Shown: positions 28,498 to 37,884 of the stretch, piece by piece | Numbering within the stretch: the first letter of the stretch is position 1 | Layout: each line of letters begins with the position of its first letter | Source of the DNA: an uncultured Desulfosarcina sp. | GTDB taxonomy: Bacteria > Desulfobacterota > Desulfobacteria > Desulfobacterales > Desulfosarcinaceae | Direction of reading: 5' to 3' | DNA: 64,000 nucleotides | NCBI GenBank assembly: GCA_963674945.2 | Contig: CAXXWQ010000002.1 | Coordinates: 160,001-224,000 of the forward strand | Translations under genes and position numbers: made by a program | Notes under the pieces: model-generated | Databases searched by the model: none | What the model saw: the letters and a program-made list of their open reading frames with translations, nothing else | What the model was told of the DNA's origin: nothing

Positions 28498-29718
28498 ATG
28501 AAATATGATTTCGATAAAGAGATCGATCGCGATGGTACCCAGTCGGTGAAATGGTCCATGGTGCAGGACCCGGACGATCCATCCCAGTGGCGGGCAACCA
28601 CTGATTGTTTTGGTGAAAACCGGCTTTTGCCCATGTGGGTGGCGGACATGGATTTTCCCGCACCCGCACCCGTTGTGGATGCTCTGACGCATCGGGCCGG
28701 ACACGGCATTTTCGGGTATTCCCGCCGGACAGATGCCTATGATCAGGCCATTGTGGGGTGGATGAAGCGGCATCATGGCTGGGACATGGATCCCCAATGG
28801 ATCGTTTGTACCCCCGGCGTCGTGCCGGCTCTTCATCTCCTCGTTCGCAGCCTCGTTCGACCCGGAGAACGGGTTCTGATCCAGCGGCCCGTTTACTATC
28901 CCTTCTTCAGCGCCATCGAAAAAAACGGTGGTGAAATCGTCTCCAACAGCCTGATTCAAGACGACGGTCGATACGGGATCGACTTTGCGGACTTCGAAAC
29001 CAAGGCGGCGGACCCGGCCACCACTCTTTTCATTCTGTGCAGTCCCCACAATCCGGTGGGACGTGTGTGGACGCCAAGCGAATTGGAACGCATGGGCGAA
29101 ATCTGCCTGAAATACGATGTTCGGGTCATCGCCGACGAAATTCACGGTGACCTGGTCTACCGGGGTGTCCGATTCACGCCCTTTGCCGCCATCGGAAAAC
29201 AGGTGGCCGCCAACACCGTTGTCTGCACAGCTCCGAGCAAGACCTTCAATCTGGCAGGCCTTCACACAGCCAACATCATCATTCCTGATCCCACGCTGCG
29301 GCACCGATTCAAACAGACCCTGGAACAATGCGGCATGGGCAGGTGGGCCAACCCTTTCGGGGTGTTGGCCTGTGAAACCGCATATCGGGAGGGTGACGAT
29401 TGGCTTGTGCAAGTGATGGCATACATCGAAGGAAATCTCGATTTTCTGATGCGATTTATCCATGACCATATTTCCCGTATCCGGATTGTCCGGCCGGAGG
29501 GCACCTATCTGGTATGGTTGGATTGTCGGTCGTTGGGGCTTTCTCCCCGTGCTCTTCGCCGGCTGATGACCCGCCGGGCAAATATCTTTTTGGACGATGG
29601 ATTGCTTTTCGGCCCCGAAGGAGACGGTTTCCAACGAATCAACATCGCCTGCCCCCGGTCCATTCTCCAAGAGGCATTGACGCGCCTTGCGCAGGCGGTG
29701 GACGGTCTGGCCGATTGA
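28498..29718 (+). CDS. MalY/PatB family PLP-dependent cystathionine beta-lyase
   Basis: PMWVADMDF, LCSPHNPVGRVW, DEIH, APSKTFN (PLP lysine), EGTYLVWLD and RINIACP. Confidence 0.95.
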   Translation: MKYDFDKEIDRDGTQSVKWSMVQDPDDPSQWRATTDCFGENRLLPMWVADMDFPAPAPVVDALTHRAGHGIFGYSRRTDAYDQAIVGWMKRHHGWDMDPQWIVCTPGVVPALHLLVRSLVRPGERVLIQRPVYYPFFSAIEKNGGEIVSNSLIQDDGRYGIDFADFETKAADPATTLFILCSPHNPVGRVWTPSELERMGEICLKYDVRVIADEIHGDLVYRGVRFTPFAAIGKQVAANTVVCTAPSKTFNLAGLHTANIIIPDPTLRHRFKQTLEQCGMGRWANPFGVLACETAYREGDDWLVQVMAYIEGNLDFLMRFIHDHISRIRIVRPEGTYLVWLDCRSLGLSPRALRRLMTRRANIFLDDGLLFGPEGDGFQRINIACPRSILQEALTRLAQAVDGLAD

Positions 29719-29735
29719 TCCGATCCTGCAAGCAC

Positions 29736-29805
29736 CGAAGATATCGGACTTTTGAGGAACTCCTTCATCAATACAAATGGAAAGAGACTTTTTACGAAGC
29801 CGTCA
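29736..29805. repeat. Truncated or rearranged family A element
   Basis: CGAAGATATCGGACTTTT (as in copy 5), a GGAACTCCTTCATCAATACAAAT module, then GACTTTTTACGAAGCCGTCA overlapping the DMT stop. Confidence 0.75.
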
Positions 29806-30690
29806 TCGGTTGAACAGGAAGAAACCCGACAGTATCAGTATCATGCCAAAGATATGAAACGGTGCCAGGGTTTCGCCCAGAAAGAGGATCGCCAGGATGG
29901 CGGCGAAGACGGGAATGAGGTTTATGAAAAGCCCGGTCCGGTTGGCGCCGATCACGGCTACACCCCGGTTCCAGCAAAAATAGGCCACGATGGATGGGAA
30001 GATTGCCACGTAACCGATGCTGGCTGCGATGCCGGGGGTGAGGGCGAAGGATCCTGTGGTTGCCGATTCCCACAAATAGAGCGGAAGAAGGAACAGGGCG
30101 CCTAATCCGAAGGTGTATACCAGCAGGCTCAACGGATGAATGGCCGGACGTTTGGGCAAAAGGGCCGAGTAGAGAGCGTAGAGAACCACCGCCACGATCA
30201 TCAGAAGATCTCCTTGCACCAGTGTCATATGGATGAGCGCCTGCCATTGTCCCTTGAGGACCACCACGGCCGCCCCGACCATGCACAGTCCCACCCCGGC
30301 TGCCTGCACCAACGAAACCCGATCCTTGTAAAGAATTGTTGAGATGACGATGATGACGGCCGGCATGGTCGACTGTATCAATGCACCATTGATGGCACTC
30401 GTGGTGTGAACGGCCGTGTAGAGCAAGGTGTTGAATCCGGTGATGCCGAACAGGGAGAGGAGAACGATGATCTTCCAGCCGGTCAGGGTGGCCCGTAAAT
30501 CCCTTTTTACATAGGGCCAGGCAAAAGGGGCGAGGATGAAAAAGGCCACGGTCCATCGCCAGAACGCCAGGGCAACCGGTGGAATGAGCAGGGCGATGCC
30601 TTTGGCCAGAACGATGTTTCCGGCCCAGCACAGCGGTGCTATGGCGACGATGAGAAATGCCCACGGGGGTGATGGTTGTTGGGTCTTCAT
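29803..30690 (-). CDS. DMT/EamA family transporter
   Basis: About ten TM helices with duplicated EamA halves (WAGN, LAFWRW, AYFCWNRGV, LFLGE). Confidence 0.93.
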   Translation of the reverse strand: MKTQQPSPPWAFLIVAIAPLCWAGNIVLAKGIALLIPPVALAFWRWTVAFFILAPFAWPYVKRDLRATLTGWKIIVLLSLFGITGFNTLLYTAVHTTSAINGALIQSTMPAVIIVISTILYKDRVSLVQAAGVGLCMVGAAVVVLKGQWQALIHMTLVQGDLLMIVAVVLYALYSALLPKRPAIHPLSLLVYTFGLGALFLLPLYLWESATTGSFALTPGIAASIGYVAIFPSIVAYFCWNRGVAVIGANRTGLFINLIPVFAAILAILFLGETLAPFHIFGMILILSGFFLFNR

Positions 30691-30753
30691 GATTGTTTTC
30701 TTGTATCCAAACCCGACCGCTATATCAAGACGCGGTTTCGTCCTGCTTTGGGA

Positions 30754-30890
30754 GCAGGATTAGCAGGATTGTATGTCGGGTAGTGACGGCGTATTTTTGG
30801 AGCTATGGGTCGTATGGGACAAGTGAGGGACGAAGGAGGATGGAAGGGGGACGAAAGGATGGGGGCTGTATCATCCATCGTCCTTCGCTT
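30754..30890. repeat. Mosaic of degenerate 7-mer and 9-mer tandem repeats
   Basis: GCAGGATTA GCAGGATT; GAGCTATGG GTCGTATGG GAC; GGGACGA AGGAGGA TGGAAGG GGGACGA AAGGATG followed by inverted CATCCATCGTCCTTCG. Confidence 0.55.
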
Positions 30891-31077
30891 TCATGTCCAT
30901 TGTGCGAATTGATGGAATTTGTCCATGAACCCAATAACGGAAATGTCCAATTGCGACCACCCTGGTCCGCCGGGTGATGGACATTGACACCGCGCCGGCA
31001 TTGGGGCATATAGGCGGTACATGTCCCAGTTTCAACGATCTACCGCTTATCCCATCACCAATGAGGAGGATTGTATC

Positions 31078-31320
31078 ATGAAAGAGGGAAAGTGTCCCAA
31101 ATGCGGATCCACAAACGTATACGTGGCCGATGATCTCCCCTTGAAAAGCGGTCCATTCGGCAGCAATTCCATTCCTGTCAGTCTGACGGCCCTGGCGGCA
31201 TTGGACAATTACGTCTGTGTGGATTGCGGTTTTGTCGAAAACTACGTTTCCGACGAACGGATGTTGAAAAAAATCACCAAGAGATGGGATCTGGTCTCCG
31301 ATTTGAAAAGCCAAGAATAG
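31078..31320 (+). CDS. Small zinc-ribbon protein (80 aa)
   Basis: GAGGAGG RBS; CPKCGS and YVCVDCGFVENY motifs. Confidence 0.8.
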   Translation: MKEGKCPKCGSTNVYVADDLPLKSGPFGSNSIPVSLTALAALDNYVCVDCGFVENYVSDERMLKKITKRWDLVSDLKSQE

Positions 31321-31390
31321 GGTCCCCCATCCCTTACCTCGTACCCATTCATAAACGGCCAATTCGATCGAAGATTGGGCCGATTTCTGG

Positions 31391-33106
31391 ATGGACAGTA
31401 ACCCAATACATGGGGGTTCGATGCCGTTTCCCTTATCCAGCAACCGCATTCGCGGCATTCGCCATCTTGGTGTGATTTCCCGCGTGCTCATCAAACATGG
31501 CATGGGGGAGATTGCCGATCGATTGAAGGGTCAGACCGGATCCCGGATCAAGTTCGGATTGCCCAATCCCGGCCGGGTCCGGCGAACCCTGGAAGAGTTG
31601 GGCCCCAGCTTCATCAAGCTCGGCCAGTTGATGAGCACGCGGGGCGATCTGTTTCCACCGGAATATATCGATGAATTGACCAAATTGCAGGACCAGGTCC
31701 CCCCAGTACCCTTCCGCAAAATTCGTCGGCTGGTCGAAACGGAACTGGAAAAGCCGCTGGACCGATTGTTCGACGAGATAGACGAAACGGCCCTTGCCGC
31801 CGCGTCGGTAGCCCAGGTACACAGGGCACGGCTCAAAACCGGTGAAGATGTGGCCGTGAAGGTGATTCGGCCGGGGATCGCGAAACAAATCCGAAAAGAT
31901 ATCCAGCTCATGTATTACTTCGCCACAAGGTTTGAGAAGGCCTTTGACATCGGGCGCATCGTGGGTGCGGTCAACCTTGTGAAAGAGTTCGAGCGAACCA
32001 TCTTCCGGGAACTGGACATGCTCATCGAAGCCGGCAACATCGAACGCTTTGCCCAAAACTTCAAGAATGTGGACGAAATCCACATTCCCTCCGTTTACTG
32101 GGATTTTACATCCAAGTCGGTGCTGGTCATGGAGCATATCGAAGGGATCAAGATGGATCGGGTGGAGGAGATTCGAAGCCAGGGTATCGATCCCGAATCG
32201 GTGGCCATGATCGGGCTTCGTTCTTTTTCCCGGCAGCTCATGGTCTCCGGAATTTTTCATGCCGATCCCCATCCGGGGAACACCATCGTCATGCGTGACG
32301 GACGTGTCGGCCTTGTTGATTTCGGCATCGTGGGATATCTGGACGAAGAGACCATGATGCAAATCGCACATCTTTTCCTGGGATTTTCCGAACACGACTA
32401 CGACATGGTAATGGAGGCATTCGAATTGGCCGGCCTGGTGGACCCGAAGTCCATGGACCTAAAAAGCTTTCGGGAAGACCTCAAGGACATGGCCGAACCT
32501 TTTTATGGCCGAAGTTTGAAAACCATTTCGGTCAAGGATGTATACGATCAGGTGATGCGCCTGGTGTTCAAATACCGAATCTGTCTGCCCCGGAACCTTT
32601 TGCTCCTCTTCAAGACCTTCATCCAGACAGAGGCCCTGGGAAAGATTCTCGGTTCCGATGCCAGCTTGCTGGAGGTGACACGACCCTACGCGGAGAAGCT
32701 TGTCAGACGGGGCTATGAAGCCCACAAGGTGCTGAAAAATATGGGGCGGGACGCGAAACTGTTCGGTGGCTACCTGCGCCAGATGCCCCACCTGGCCCAT
32801 GGTCTCTTTAAAAAAATGGCCACCGAAAATCCACGTGTGGAACTGGATCATACGGGCCTTACGTCCATGTCCAACAAATTCGAAAGCGGCATCAACCGTC
32901 TCACCATGGGGTTGGTGGTGGCCGCTTCGCTCATCGCCGCCGCACTGATTCTGAACTCCAAACGAGAGGTGTTCGTTATCGAGGTCGATTTCTGGGGATT
33001 GCAGACCCTTTCGATCACCGACCTTTTGGGCGTTGCCGGTTATGTCATCGCAACGATTCTGGGGGTGTGGTTAGTAATGTCCATCCTCCGCTCTAACAAA
33101 AGATAA
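31391..33106 (+). CDS. AarF/ABC1/UbiB kinase family protein
   Basis: LGPSFIKLGQ, LQDQVPP, AAASVAQVH, VAVKV, FHADPHPGN and DFG; two C-terminal TM helices. Confidence 0.95.
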   Translation: MDSNPIHGGSMPFPLSSNRIRGIRHLGVISRVLIKHGMGEIADRLKGQTGSRIKFGLPNPGRVRRTLEELGPSFIKLGQLMSTRGDLFPPEYIDELTKLQDQVPPVPFRKIRRLVETELEKPLDRLFDEIDETALAAASVAQVHRARLKTGEDVAVKVIRPGIAKQIRKDIQLMYYFATRFEKAFDIGRIVGAVNLVKEFERTIFRELDMLIEAGNIERFAQNFKNVDEIHIPSVYWDFTSKSVLVMEHIEGIKMDRVEEIRSQGIDPESVAMIGLRSFSRQLMVSGIFHADPHPGNTIVMRDGRVGLVDFGIVGYLDEETMMQIAHLFLGFSEHDYDMVMEAFELAGLVDPKSMDLKSFREDLKDMAEPFYGRSLKTISVKDVYDQVMRLVFKYRICLPRNLLLLFKTFIQTEALGKILGSDASLLEVTRPYAEKLVRRGYEAHKVLKNMGRDAKLFGGYLRQMPHLAHGLFKKMATENPRVELDHTGLTSMSNKFESGINRLTMGLVVAASLIAAALILNSKREVFVIEVDFWGLQTLSITDLLGVAGYVIATILGVWLVMSILRSNKR

Positions 33107-33250
33107 CGGTTTCGTAAGAGGCCCGATACCGGCGTTACGCGAATCCGACGTCACTGCGACGTACTCTTTGTACGTCTCGTTCCTTACGGATCCGCAATCC
33201 TTGCGGGCCTCTTACGAAGCCTCTGAAAATCCGTCCTTTGACGTCATCAA
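33104..33250. repeat. Family A element, copy 4 (divergent)
   Basis: TAACGGTTTCGTAAGAGGCCCG...CGGGCCTCTTACGAAGCC; core GGCGTTACGC...GTCACTGCGACGTA; begins on the UbiB-family stop TAA. Confidence 0.85.
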
Positions 33251-33325
33251 AGTATCGTATTGGCGTAAACACGAACTCCTAACGATGCGTTATTAAAAAA
33301 ATCAATTGTGTTCTTGGAGTGTTAC

Positions 33326-34822
33326 ATGCGTATCCCCACAATAATTCCGAGTCTATTTGTTATGATCCTGATGGCTGTCGGTCCTGCCCAAAGCAGTGAG
33401 ACGAATGTCAGCGACGCCACCCAGGAATGCCTGGACTGCCATGGCGTCTTTCATCCGGGAATCGTCGCCGACTGGGAAAAGAGCCGCCATGGCCGGACGA
33501 CCCCCAAGGCCGCTTTGGCCAGGGAAGGCATGATGCGACGTCTTTCCAGTGACAATGTACCGGAGCCATTGCGGGCAAACCGTGTGGGTTGTGCTGAGTG
33601 CCACACCTTGCGGGGCGATGCCCACACCGACACCTTCGAACATAACGGCTATGATATCCATGTCGTCGTCACCCCGGACGATTGCGCCACATGCCACGTC
33701 ACCGAGCGGGCGCAGTTTGGCGAAAACATCATGGCCATGGCCGAAAAGAATCTATCCGAAAATCCGGTTTATAAAGATTTGCAGCGAACGATCCTGGGCC
33801 CGGCAACCATTGCCGAAACCACCGTTCATTTTACGCCGGCCAATGACATGACCCGGGCAGACGCCTGCTACTATTGCCATGGGACCCGTCTTGCGGTCAC
33901 CGGCACCAAGATTCGGGACACCGACGCCGGTGAACTGGAATTTCCCGTTATTTCGGGCTGGCCCAACCAGGGCGTGGGAAGGGTGAACCTGGACGGTAGC
34001 CGCGGCGCCTGCTCGGCCTGCCACACCCGACATAACTTTTCCATCGAAATGGCCAGAAAGCCGTATACTTGCAAGGAGTGCCACGTGGGACCGGACGTGC
34101 CCGCCTATAAGGTCTATTCTGCCAGCAAACACGGCAATCTCTTTTCCGCCCTGGGACACCAATGGGATTTCGATGCGGTGCCTTGGATGGTGGGGCGGGA
34201 TATTCCAGCGCCCACATGTGCCACCTGCCACATCAGTCTGACGGTAAACGCTGATGGGGATGTGATCAACGAGCGGTCCCATAAGATGAGCGACCGGCTG
34301 GGGTGGCGCATCTTCGGACTGATCTACGCCCACCCCCAACCCAGGGGGCCGGACACCACCGTGATCAGAAGCCCAAAGGGATTAACCCTGCCCACAGACC
34401 TGGATGGCGGGCTGGCCACCGGTTGCTTGATCAGCGAAGATGAAATTGCCGGTAGGCGCGACACCATGCAGCGTACCTGCCTGGCATGTCACGATACCTC
34501 CTGGATAAAAGGCTACTTTGCCCGGCTGGACAACACGATCGCCACCTCCAACGGTTCGGTCCGGGCCGCCACCCGACTGATGGAATCGGTTTGGGAAAAA
34601 GGATACGCGACGGGGATAGGTCAAGGTGGCAGCATCTTCGACGAGTACATCGAACGGCGTTGGAGCGACGTCTGGCTGCTGTACGCCAACAACATCCGGT
34701 TCGTCGCGGCCATGGCCGGTGGCGGGGACTACGGCGTATTCGAAGACGGTCGCTACCATTTGACCAAAAGCCTTATGGAGATGCAGGACTGGATTCAGAC
34801 ACGCAACATTCTGAAAAAATGA
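33326..34822 (+). CDS. Octaheme cytochrome c, hydroxylamine oxidoreductase-like
   Basis: Signal peptide and 8 CxxCH motifs (CLDCH, CAECH, CATCH, CYYCH, CSACH, CKECH, CATCH, CLACH); GWPNQGVGRVNLDGS.G.CSACHTRH.F and SKHG are HAO-family features. Confidence 0.9.
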   Translation: MRIPTIIPSLFVMILMAVGPAQSSETNVSDATQECLDCHGVFHPGIVADWEKSRHGRTTPKAALAREGMMRRLSSDNVPEPLRANRVGCAECHTLRGDAHTDTFEHNGYDIHVVVTPDDCATCHVTERAQFGENIMAMAEKNLSENPVYKDLQRTILGPATIAETTVHFTPANDMTRADACYYCHGTRLAVTGTKIRDTDAGELEFPVISGWPNQGVGRVNLDGSRGACSACHTRHNFSIEMARKPYTCKECHVGPDVPAYKVYSASKHGNLFSALGHQWDFDAVPWMVGRDIPAPTCATCHISLTVNADGDVINERSHKMSDRLGWRIFGLIYAHPQPRGPDTTVIRSPKGLTLPTDLDGGLATGCLISEDEIAGRRDTMQRTCLACHDTSWIKGYFARLDNTIATSNGSVRAATRLMESVWEKGYATGIGQGGSIFDEYIERRWSDVWLLYANNIRFVAAMAGGGDYGVFEDGRYHLTKSLMEMQDWIQTRNILKK

Positions 34823-34878
34823 CGATGAAAAGCAGAAGGGATTTCTAAGGAACTCGTTCATCATTACAAATAAAAAAA

Positions 34879-34992
34879 TTCCATAAAAAGCTTTTCCCAT
34901 TCGATTCATCGACAGAACAATACAAAAATTTGTTTCTTTCGTAATACTGTTTTGGCCATCTTTGGCCTGGAAAAGCTTTTTACGAAGCCGTT
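34879..34992. repeat. Family B repeat, copy 2
   Basis: TTCCATAAAAAGCTTTTCC...GGAAAAGCTTTTTACGAAGCCG; same terminus type as family A with a different AT-rich interior; matches 741..853. Confidence 0.75.
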
Positions 34993-35008
34993 GTAAGGAG
35001 CGCTATCG

Positions 35009-35677
35009 ATGGAACTGACCCCTGATTTGCACGCCTTTATCTGGCATTCTGAAACGGTGAACAACTGCAACGCCTATCTGATCCGTTCGAAGGAGAGGAA
35101 CATCCTCATCGATCCGGGCCACCTGGCACACTTCGATCACGTCCGCAGGGAATTGACCGATCTGGGCCTGTCGGTCGAGGATGTGGATATGGTAATTTGT
35201 ACCCATGCCCATTCGGATCACATGGAGTCCGTGGGCCTTCTTGCCGAGACATCGACCCTTTTCGCACTGCACACCGCAGATTGGGATATGGTGGAGATAG
35301 GGACACCGGTTTTCAAAGGTGTTCCCAATATGGATCCGAAACGCTACGAGCCGGATCTGTTTCTGACCGAAGGGGAGTTGAAGGTGGGGGACATTTCATT
35401 GACCATCTACCATACACCCGGTCACTCTCCCGGATCCATAACCATCCACTGGCCGGCGACCGGCGCCCTGTTTACCGGAGACCTGATATTCCAGGAGGCG
35501 CTGGGGCGCACCGATCTTCCCGGTGGAAACGGCAAGCTCCTCAAAGAAAGCATCCGGCGGATGGCGGAGGTGGATGCGGCCTGGCTGCTTTCCGGGCACG
35601 GGGATGTAATATCGGGAGCCGAAGCGGTCCACGCCAATTTCGAGCAGGTGGAGCGCTTTTGGTTTGGTTATGTTTGA
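35009..35677 (+). CDS. MBL-fold metallo-hydrolase (glyoxalase II-like)
   Basis: THAHSDH, HTPGHSPG, LFTGDL and GHG; AAGGAG RBS. Confidence 0.93.
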   Translation: MELTPDLHAFIWHSETVNNCNAYLIRSKERNILIDPGHLAHFDHVRRELTDLGLSVEDVDMVICTHAHSDHMESVGLLAETSTLFALHTADWDMVEIGTPVFKGVPNMDPKRYEPDLFLTEGELKVGDISLTIYHTPGHSPGSITIHWPATGALFTGDLIFQEALGRTDLPGGNGKLLKESIRRMAEVDAAWLLSGHGDVISGAEAVHANFEQVERFWFGYV

Positions 35678-35959
35678 TTGGTAATTATTTAAATATAATT
35701 TGGCCATTTTTTTTCATATAGGTATTTTTTTCTCTATTCCATCGCCCCCGTTATAATCGCTGAAATCCCCGGTTCTCGCCATCTCGTAAAGATTTAAATG
35801 CTTTGATCTTAATATGTTATCTATTCAAAACCAAAACTGGCCGAACCATCTGCCCACCGATTTCGAAACCGGTATCTTGGTTTCATGCCTCCACGCCAAC
35901 TTGATTTTAACTCTCTGTAATCATAGCTTATATATTGTTTTTTGGAAGTAATGCCGTGT

Positions 35960-35975
35960 TGGTATCCAAATTGCT
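35960..35975 (+). promoter_or_regulatory. Putative sigma54 (-24/-12) promoter
   Basis: TGGTAT-CCAAA-TTGCT with exact GG-N10-GC spacing, about 60 nt upstream of the PEP-CTERM ATG. Confidence 0.7.
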
Positions 35976-36033
35976 ACATCTGGTATCAGAACCAATCCTT
36001 TCATTGTTCATCACCAACGCCACGGACCAAGAC

Positions 36034-36927
36034 ATGAAAAAAATCCTGCCCACATCGATCCTGATATCCTGTCTTATCATCCTTTTTTTTATCTGTTACG
36101 CCATTTATACCAATAATTTTACCAATGCACAGGCATTGAACAAAATCGGACAAGATCCGGCGTCGGAGAGACAGGCCGATCTTGTCCCACATGAACCGGA
36201 TCGCGTAACAACCGGTGAAGCCGGAGATACGGAGGACTCCTACGAGCCGTTCTCATACGGTCATTCCATCCTCGCCAGAAAAGGGTCATTGGAAGCGATA
36301 GGTGCATTGATGGAGGATGGATGGGAACGTTACCAGCGCATGGCACGCAGTCCATCATTGGCTGATGGTGAGGTGGTCCAGTGGATTATCGAAGAGAACC
36401 ATCGGTTGACAGATGAGGACCATCCAATGGCAGGCTTGGGAGCGGAAGATTGGGGTAGGGATGATCTGCTTGCATGGGTAACCGGCGACGATAGCCTGGC
36501 CGTCACGGTGTTGGATAGGATCCCGGCTGTCACTTATTCGGGTTTTTCGGCCAGATCGGCGGCCGGTTCCAACGGATCCCATCCGGACTTGGGTTCATCA
36601 CCATCGGGCGGTGGCAGCAGTTCGTCCCAAAACCCGAGTGCTCCCTATCAGGCTCCGTATCCACCGATCGCCGGCGGTTCCAGGGCGCCTCAAGGCCCGC
36701 ACCCTCCTTCTTTTCCGGTCCCGGGCACACCGACACCACCAAGTGATCCTGTCCAGCCGCCGATCCCTTATGATCCGCCATCGGGAGAACCAACCTGGCC
36801 CGTTGACCCACCGGAGGACCCCGGCAGTCCGGCGCCGGTGCCAGAGCCATCCACGTTGGCACTTCTGGCTGCCGGTATCCTGGGGCTTGCCGGAGTGACC
36901 CGTGCCTCAAAAAAAAACGTAAAATGA
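36034..36927 (+). CDS. PEP-CTERM sorting-domain protein with a Pro/Ser/Gly-rich stalk
   Basis: C-terminal VPEPSTLALLAAGILGLAG plus basic tail; N-terminal MKK and hydrophobic stretch. ATG at 36034 lies downstream of the sigma54 motif. Confidence 0.9.
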   Translation: MKKILPTSILISCLIILFFICYAIYTNNFTNAQALNKIGQDPASERQADLVPHEPDRVTTGEAGDTEDSYEPFSYGHSILARKGSLEAIGALMEDGWERYQRMARSPSLADGEVVQWIIEENHRLTDEDHPMAGLGAEDWGRDDLLAWVTGDDSLAVTVLDRIPAVTYSGFSARSAAGSNGSHPDLGSSPSGGGSSSSQNPSAPYQAPYPPIAGGSRAPQGPHPPSFPVPGTPTPPSDPVQPPIPYDPPSGEPTWPVDPPEDPGSPAPVPEPSTLALLAAGILGLAGVTRASKKNVK

Positions 36928-36940
36928 AGATTGACTTTCA

Positions 36941-37465
36941 TCAGGCTTCGTCGATGATCGCCTCTATTTCATCCATCGTCTGCCGATTTAGGGCGGCACG
37001 TTCCCTTCGATAGGCCGGATCTTTGTTGGGGTTCGGGACAACCGCCGACCCCCGGACGCCGTGGTCCCGGGTGAGCCGGTCCCGTGAAGTTTCCTTTGCG
37101 ACATCCATGCGTTCGGTCTGCCGATGAACGTGAAGTGAAAGGCGTTTTTCCAATGAATGGGCAATGGCCGGATCGATGACTGCAAGAAATTGAAGCCAGC
37201 GCCGGTTGTCTTTTTCCGGGTCGATGCGCTCACCTGTGGCAGAGAGTACAATCCGCCGGTCATCGACCTTCAGTTCCTCCTGCAATTGAGAAATTCGGTC
37301 CCGCAGCGCCTCGACGGTCAGAGCGCCGTCGTCGAAATTTGCGAGTAATCCGTTCAACCGTTTCCGGAAATCCTCATTTTGCTGCCGCTCCTTCTCTTCG
37401 GAAGACATGGAGAGGTGACGGGTCCTTTCCATTACAAGGTCCAGCGTGCTTTTTATTTCACCCAT
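36941..37465 (-). CDS. Hypothetical protein (MGEIKSTLDLVMERT...)
   Basis: AAGGA RBS before the ATG at 37465; helical, charged protein. Confidence 0.8.
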   Translation of the reverse strand: MGEIKSTLDLVMERTRHLSMSSEEKERQQNEDFRKRLNGLLANFDDGALTVEALRDRISQLQEELKVDDRRIVLSATGERIDPEKDNRRWLQFLAVIDPAIAHSLEKRLSLHVHRQTERMDVAKETSRDRLTRDHGVRGSAVVPNPNKDPAYRRERAALNRQTMDEIEAIIDEA

Positions 37466-37761
37466 TTCCTTACTCTTTCTGATGCATCCGTAACATCCAC
37501 GATCTTGATCATATCGAAGGGGGTATCCGTCTGTGACGACACCGAGACTTTCGATATCACCAACGTTATCCGAAGTACAACCCAATTGAAATGGTGCCGT
37601 GCCTTTGAATCTATGTTGCCAATCGTCCGGTTCGGGTTTGAATGCTCCGGCATTCCGTTGCAGAATTGAAAAGCACGATATACAGTGATCGAATTTATGA
37701 AATACGGTGAATTGAAGTGAACGTGATCGATAAAAATTTGTAATGATTACAAAACATTTCT

Positions 37762-37777
37762 TGGCATAGTATCTGCC
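37762..37777 (+). promoter_or_regulatory. Putative sigma54 promoter of the LolA-like/MMPL operon
   Basis: TGGCAT-AGTAT-CTGCC with GG-N10-GC spacing; imperfect palindrome CACGATATACAGTG about 85 nt upstream. Confidence 0.65.
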
Positions 37778-37884
37778 TGAAACGCAGTAAGTGAACGCGG
37801 AATGATTCTTGGCCGATTACTCGATCGATATGGATGAAATATTCACAAGCAATTGACCTGATAAATTCTGAAAGCGGGGAAGAC

